DNA of 61,233 nt, filler included. It is 4 parts of 4 records of this genome, joined end to end, with 100 filler letters (N's around TTAATTAATTAA, not from the genome) between each part and the next. Parts side by side here need not be neighbours in the genome. Positions count along the whole stretch, not along the records: positions 34,700 to 61,233 come from SRR31156797_25502; 3 more parts are not named here. One strand, 5' to 3'. A program made the position numbers and the translations under genes. The first letter of the stretch is position 1, and each line of letters begins with the position of its first letter. The notes beneath the pieces were generated by a model. The model was not told the DNA's origin and did no database searches. It worked only from the letters and a program-made list of their open reading frames with translations. Positions 56,276 to 61,233 of this stretch are shown here, piece after piece.

Positions 56276-56750
56276 GGTGTTCTTTGGCCAATTCCTTCAA
56301 AAAAAAATTTAGACAATGGATCATCAAAACAAGACCGCTTAAGGGAACAATGGCAAAGACGATCCACTTGGGCAGATAAAGAGCGGGGGATATCTGGAGC
56401 CTGACAAAATAGGCAAACCGGCACCCGAAAAAAATCATGGTGAAAAACAGGGTCAGAGAAGCAAGATGGACGGCGATCGCGGAGATTTTGCGCAGCATGT
56501 CCGGCATCTTTTTTTGCAGGATATCAATGCCGGGATGGGCCTTGCGGCGATAGGCCACCGAGGCCCCGAGGAATGACAGCCAGACCAGAAGATAGCGTGC
56601 CAACTCCTCGGACCAGAAAAGGGAATAATTGAGCACATAGCGGAACAGGACCTGGACGGCCACGACAGTCGTCATGGTAAAACCGAGCCCGAAAAGCAGA
56701 TATTCAATCCAGGCGTTCAGGGTAAAACTCAGTTTCTCGAGAGCTGACAC
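56265..56750 (-). CDS. dctQ: TRAP transporter small permease
   Basis: RYVLN..WSEELARY. Confidence 0.93.
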   Translation of the reverse strand: MSALEKLSFTLNAWIEYLLFGLGFTMTTVVAVQVLFRYVLNYSLFWSEELARYLLVWLSFLGASVAYRRKAHPGIDILQKKMPDMLRKISAIAVHLASLTLFFTMIFFGCRFAYFVRLQISPALYLPKWIVFAIVPLSGLVLMIHCLNFFLKELAKEHRDH

Positions 56751-56766
56751 GCTGTCTCCGGTTTTC

Positions 56767-57744
56767 TTACCTTGTTTCGGCCAGAATTTTTTGTAGCAGG
56801 GCCTGAACCTTGGGATTGCGGTATAAATCCATCTTCCGGATACCCGCCACCTTGGCTCGAAATGAAGCCATATGGGGATGTTCCTCCACCTGCATGCCTT
56901 TGTCTTTCAGAAATTTCAACCGGGCCGCGTTTTTGCTGCGATTGTCCTTTCTCTGAAAAACGGCTGCGTCAACCATTGCCTTTTGAATCATTTCCCTGTT
57001 CTTCATATTCAGGGTATGCCACCAGTTCAGTGACGCCACGTCAATGTGGTATGAGTAGACATGACGTGTCAGGGTCATGTACTTCTGGATTTCATAGAAT
57101 TTGTAGACTTCCATGACCCAGAGGGGATTTTCCTGGCCGTCAATGACGCCCTGCTCCAGTTCAGTGTAAATGGGCCACGGCATGGGCGTGGGGTTTGCGC
57201 CCAGAGACTGCCAGATGGCCTTGTGGATGGCCGAGGACATGACCCTGATCTTAAGTCCTTTAAGATCATCGGCGGTTTTGACGGGCCGGTTGTTGTTGGT
57301 GAGATTTCGAAACCCGTTCTCCGAAAAGCAAAGGCCTTTGAAACCGGAACTTTCAAGGCTCTTCAGCAGTTCGGCTCCCAGGGGGCCATCCAGTATACGG
57401 TCCACCTGTTCATAATCCTTAAAGAGAAACGGATAGTTGATGACCCTTGCCATGGGGTCGAATGTGTCAAAAGGCCCGCCGGTGATAATGGCCATCTGAA
57501 TGGAATTCATCTGCACCTGCTGAAGAATTTCAGTTTCGTTCCCGAGGGATGCCGAATGAAATATCTTGACCTTGATCTCCCCCTTGGAGCGTGTTTCAAC
57601 CAATTCCTTGAATTTCCCGGCCACAATATTCTGGGCCGACCCCGGTTTGGTCACCACGGCCAGCTTGATGTTTGTAACGGCCACGGCATTGCCGACCGAG
57701 AAGCAAAATGCCGCCACCGTCAACAAAATAGATAATTTTTTCAT
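56767..57744 (-). CDS. dctP: TRAP substrate-binding protein
   Basis: ENGFR, DLKGLKIRV, GVIDGQENP. Confidence 0.94.
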   Translation of the reverse strand: MKKLSILLTVAAFCFSVGNAVAVTNIKLAVVTKPGSAQNIVAGKFKELVETRSKGEIKVKIFHSASLGNETEILQQVQMNSIQMAIITGGPFDTFDPMARVINYPFLFKDYEQVDRILDGPLGAELLKSLESSGFKGLCFSENGFRNLTNNNRPVKTADDLKGLKIRVMSSAIHKAIWQSLGANPTPMPWPIYTELEQGVIDGQENPLWVMEVYKFYEIQKYMTLTRHVYSYHIDVASLNWWHTLNMKNREMIQKAMVDAAVFQRKDNRSKNAARLKFLKDKGMQVEEHPHMASFRAKVAGIRKMDLYRNPKVQALLQKILAETR

Positions 57745-57772
57745 GCTATGTTCCTCGCTTTGCTAAGGCCCT

Positions 57773-57822
57773 AAAATCCTGGATGCATTTCCGTAAAGGA
57801 TGGTTTCAAGAACACCTTCATT
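57773..57822 (-). repeat. 50-bp dispersed repeat, copy B
   Basis: 44/50 identical to 50896-50945. Confidence 0.85.
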
Positions 57823-58090
57823 TTTAAGCGTTCTCATTTAATGGGTTACTCTATTTTAAAAAAAGATGTGTTTCAAGGAAGAACGTCACAGTGGAAAAAA
57901 GGAGGGGAAACAGCAAGGACCGCAACCATGGCTTTGCCCTTTAGACGGAAAATCCCAGGGCGGGATGGCTGAGCCCCAACCATCCGGACAGTTAAACATC
58001 CATACTTTTCCATGGTGAAAATATTTGCTATCATCAGCGATTTATGGGAGTCTAAAATTTGTATACTGATATCGTGGGAAAGGGGGTTTT

Positions 58091-59446
58091 ATGTTTAAGA
58101 AACGGATTGTTTTGGCATTGGTGGTATCCATTTTCCTGGCTGTCATCGCCTTTTCCCTGAAATTTTATGGTGATAAGGGCGAATTGCCTTCCAAAGCGTT
58201 ACCGCCGGTTTCCCAAACTCCGAATTTGGCCGGAAGGAGTGTTACGGTTCTCACCAACCAACCGCACGCTCGATCTTCCGAAGCACTTGCCGAATGGTTT
58301 TACAATGAGACGGGCGCCGTTGTGCGGAATATCGTCGTCAACTATGAGGAGATGTTGGGTTACATTCTTGCGGACGTTTCTTCCCCGAACCCCCGGCTGG
58401 ATGTGGTGATGTTCTGGTATGTGGATCTCGGTGCCCTTGTGGAACAGGGCGCCCTTGTGGATCTTACGGATTTTATCAGAGAAAACCGTTCCATTCTTCA
58501 GCCGAATGATTTTATTCCGAGCCTGTACGATCCCTACACCTTCTACAAGGGAAGACGATGGGCCCTTCCCTATGACGGCGACACCCACGTATTGTTCTAC
58601 CGAAAATCACTTTTGGAAAAATATGGCCTGACCCCGCCCAAAACGTGGGACGATTATTCAAAAATCGCCGAAACCATTACCGAAAATGAGAAGGCCAACG
58701 GCATCTACGGCACGGCCATCATGGCGCCGCCCGTGGCCATGATCATCTTATCCGGTTTTATGAACCGGCTGGGGTGTTACGGGGGAAGGCTTCTGAACGA
58801 GGCCGGAAAACCGACGGTAAACAGCCATGAATCCGTAAAGGCCCTCACATCAATGGTGGAGCAGTGCCGGTATGCCCTGCCCACGCCTCTTGAAACGGAT
58901 TGGGAGGTATCCCGGGACGCTTTTTTAAACGGAAGGGTCGCCATGGTGGAACAATGGACCGATATCGGCGTCATGGCTGAAGATCCCAGCCAATCCCTTA
59001 TTCAGGGAGACTGGGGTGTGGTTCAAATGCCCATGGGGAAAGGCCCCTCCGCTCACCATGCCCCTGCCCTTAACGCCGGCTTCAGTCTGGGTATCTCCGG
59101 CAAAGCCCCGGATCCCGAGGCGGCTCGCGCTTACCTGCTTTTTTCATGCCGTCCGGACATTGCCCTTCGGCTCAATCTCATGAACGGCGGCATTGATCCT
59201 ACCCGGGTTTCCGTACTGGAATCCGCTGAATACAGGAAAACGGCGCCTGAACTGAGCGTTGCAGTCCAAGCCGCCATTGAAAGGGCAACGCCCTGGCCCA
59301 CTGTCCCACAGGCGTCGCAATTGCTGGACATACTCAAAGATAATCTCATATCAGCTCTGGAGGGCCACAAAACACCCCGTCAAGCCCTCGATAAAACTCA
59401 GGAACAATGGCGAAAAATCCTGGAGGCAAAAGACCCCGCTTCATAG
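58091..59446 (+). CDS. Extracellular solute-binding protein (sugar-binding family 1-like)
   Basis: LVDLTD, ALPYDGD...YRK.LL, PPKTWD. Confidence 0.88.
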   Translation: MFKKRIVLALVVSIFLAVIAFSLKFYGDKGELPSKALPPVSQTPNLAGRSVTVLTNQPHARSSEALAEWFYNETGAVVRNIVVNYEEMLGYILADVSSPNPRLDVVMFWYVDLGALVEQGALVDLTDFIRENRSILQPNDFIPSLYDPYTFYKGRRWALPYDGDTHVLFYRKSLLEKYGLTPPKTWDDYSKIAETITENEKANGIYGTAIMAPPVAMIILSGFMNRLGCYGGRLLNEAGKPTVNSHESVKALTSMVEQCRYALPTPLETDWEVSRDAFLNGRVAMVEQWTDIGVMAEDPSQSLIQGDWGVVQMPMGKGPSAHHAPALNAGFSLGISGKAPDPEAARAYLLFSCRPDIALRLNLMNGGIDPTRVSVLESAEYRKTAPELSVAVQAAIERATPWPTVPQASQLLDILKDNLISALEGHKTPRQALDKTQEQWRKILEAKDPAS

Positions 59447-59472
59447 ATTCGAATCGGTTCGAGGTGACAAAT

Positions 59473-61233
59473 ATGAGTTCAGGACGTGGCGGCTTGTTGT
59501 TCTGGCATAAAATACTGTTATTACTGTCGGCATGCATCATTTTCCTGACCGTGGGGATCGCATTGACCACCTGGCATTCCCTGAATCGGGCAAGTTCCGC
59601 CATAGGTGAGGAGAGCAAAATCATCCTTTCCCAGCAGACCGAGATATTCCTGGAAAAGCTTGTCAAAGAGCGGGCCGCCGGTCTTGACGTCCAACTGGCC
59701 CAGGCCCGGGCAGCCGCATCATACGGGGCCGTCTTCATGAGTGAAAATCCGGATCGATATGGGCCGGACAATGCTTCCACTGAAAAGCTCCTGTCAACTT
59801 TGTACGCGCGAACCAGTCATTGTTCCATGGCCTATTATGTATCATCGGCCGGATTTTTACGGCATTATCCGGCCATGCATCCGGAAATGGAATTGCCGCA
59901 AGGCTTCAACATCACGCGTGAACCGTTTTTCCCGAAACCTGTTGCGTTTCGAAACCGAGCCGTTGTATGGAGCGGGGTTCACGTGAACCCCCTGGCCGTT
60001 AATTTCGATCTGGTAATCGATGCCATAGCCCCGGTCCTGGTTTCCGGCACGATCCACGGATACATCGGCGTTTCTGTTTCGCTGACACGCATGATCGCCC
60101 AATTCAACCAGTATCAGCCTGTTCGCGGGAGTTATTCCTTCCTGATTGACGACCATCGCCGATTGCTGGGAGCGCCGCCCCACGCGCGGGTTGAGCTTTC
60201 TTCCGCAACGGCTTACAGATCCAGGGGCGTCATCGATTTAGGCCATACGGGCAATCCCCAATTGGACATGGTCCTTCAAAAAATGGCGTTTGGCGAGTCG
60301 TCCTTATGCAAGGTGTCCTTCAAAAATGAGCCGAAATATTTGGCCCATCATCCGTTGAAAAATGTAAACTGGCGCCTCGGGATTGTTGTCCCCGTACGGA
60401 TGGCCACGGCCGCTTCGGGACAACTGGTCCGGGTTATTGGAAAGGGCATTCGGCAAGTCCTCACGGGGATGCTCTACTGGGCGGGCGGCTTTCTCATATT
60501 GGCGCTTTTCGCGGGGATGATGCTTGCCCGCCACGTAACCGCACCCATACGCAAGCTGTCGGCGGCCACCGTGGATATTGCCCGGGGAAATTTTGAGGGA
60601 CAGGTGAAAGTTTCCAGCCGGGACGAGATGGGGGTTTTGGCCGCGGCTTTCAATACCATGGCGGACAGAATTCATGCCATGATCAAAGACCTGAACCGGG
60701 CCAATGAAGAGCTGAATTCCAAAAATAGAGAATTGGAAAATGAGATCATTGAGCGCAAGCGAGGGGAGGAGTCCATAAAGCTCATGAACAGCATCCTGTT
60801 GACCCAACAGGAGGCTTCTCCCGACGGCATACTGGTGGTGGACGAGGAAGGGAAAATTCTCTCCTTTAATAAGCAATTTGTCCATATGTGGAATATCTCT
60901 CCCGACATCCTTGCGTCCAAGTCCGACGAACGCGCCCGGCAATCGGTGTTGGACATGTTGACTGAACCGGAGGCGTTTCTGGAGCGGATCCAGTATCTCT
61001 ATGCCCATCCCGGCGAAAAAAGTCTTGACGAAATTTTATTGCTTGACGGAAGAGCCATCAGTCGATACTCCGCCCCAATGACGGGACCGGAAGGAGAGCG
61101 CTATGGAAGGGTCTGGTTTTTTAGCGATATTACCGAACGCAAAAGAATGGAGAAACAGCTTCAGCAGGCACAGAAGATGGAAGCCATCGGGACCCTGGCG
61201 GGTGGCATTGCCCACGATTTCAACAATATCCTG
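59473..61233 (+). CDS. Sensor histidine kinase (TM-Cache-TM-HAMP-PAS-HisKA), 3' partial, not in ORF track
   Basis: Hand translation [16 protein letters not shown]...[14 protein letters not shown]...[23 protein letters not shown]; runs off the window. Confidence 0.9.
   Translation, partial: MSSGRGGLLFWHKILLLLSACIIFLTVGIALTTWHSLNRASSAIGEESKIILSQQTEIFLEKLVKERAAGLDVQLAQARAAASYGAVFMSENPDRYGPDNASTEKLLSTLYARTSHCSMAYYVSSAGFLRHYPAMHPEMELPQGFNITREPFFPKPVAFRNRAVVWSGVHVNPLAVNFDLVIDAIAPVLVSGTIHGYIGVSVSLTRMIAQFNQYQPVRGSYSFLIDDHRRLLGAPPHARVELSSATAYRSRGVIDLGHTGNPQLDMVLQKMAFGESSLCKVSFKNEPKYLAHHPLKNVNWRLGIVVPVRMATAASGQLVRVIGKGIRQVLTGMLYWAGGFLILALFAGMMLARHVTAPIRKLSAATVDIARGNFEGQVKVSSRDEMGVLAAAFNTMADRIHAMIKDLNRANEELNSKNRELENEIIERKRGEESIKLMNSILLTQQEASPDGILVVDEEGKILSFNKQFVHMWNISPDILASKSDERARQSVLDMLTEPEAFLERIQYLYAHPGEKSLDEILLLDGRAISRYSAPMTGPEGERYGRVWFFSDITERKRMEKQLQQAQKMEAIGTLAGGIAHDFNNIL

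Noticed and set aside
57925-57990. Two hairpins (GCCCT/AGGGC, GGATGG/CCATCC) between dctP and the SBP gene as a riboswitch
   Set aside because: No conserved motif of any riboswitch class I can recognise; stems are short
1-61233. tRNA, rRNA, IS transposases, integrases
   Set aside because: None recognised by eye; a tRNAscan/Infernal/ISEScan run would be needed to exclude them formally

Overview
The window is not one locus. It is four unrelated contigs joined by 100-nt N spacers that carry a TTAATTAATTAA linker (11788-11887, 17526-17625, 34600-34699). (1) 1-11787 is an accessory region of a large dsDNA phage: about 27 short, mostly co-directional ORFs arranged in terminator/promoter cassettes. 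It has two promoter classes: host sigma70-like promoters, several with dyads over the -10 box, and a four-copy non-sigma70 motif TTCTCTAA-N16-GTACTT. It also holds several candidate anti-defence genes (RyR-domain protein coupled to a DUF5662/HD-like protein, a Lar-like domain, an AcrIF9-like domain fused to a DNA-binding module behind a palindromic operator, and an HTH gene). (2) 11888-17525 is a GC-rich bacterial contig with a tandem array of at least 4 paralogous TPR-like/multi-TM proteins of unknown function; one copy has lost its C-terminal domain by deletion. (3) 17626-34599 looks like a Desulfovibrionaceae chromosome (def-fmt-DUF116-rsmB, two XRE-cupin/acyl-CoA synthetase units, a MerR-methyltransferase fusion followed by a free copy of its sensor domain, trmI, radical SAM, RNase E/G, REP-like repeats). 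(4) 34700-61233 looks like a Desulfobacterota chromosome. It begins with a collapsed BREX relic (pglZ 5' end joined to two brxL pieces), followed by an ABC/TolC exporter, mdh, fused AccA-AccD, AsmA-like, NUDIX, a divergent L,D-transpeptidase-like protein, cvfB, catalase, a TRAP transporter and an SBP/sensor-kinase pair. No CRISPR array, tRNA or rRNA was seen. Family and taxonomic calls come from motif recognition by eye, not from database searches.
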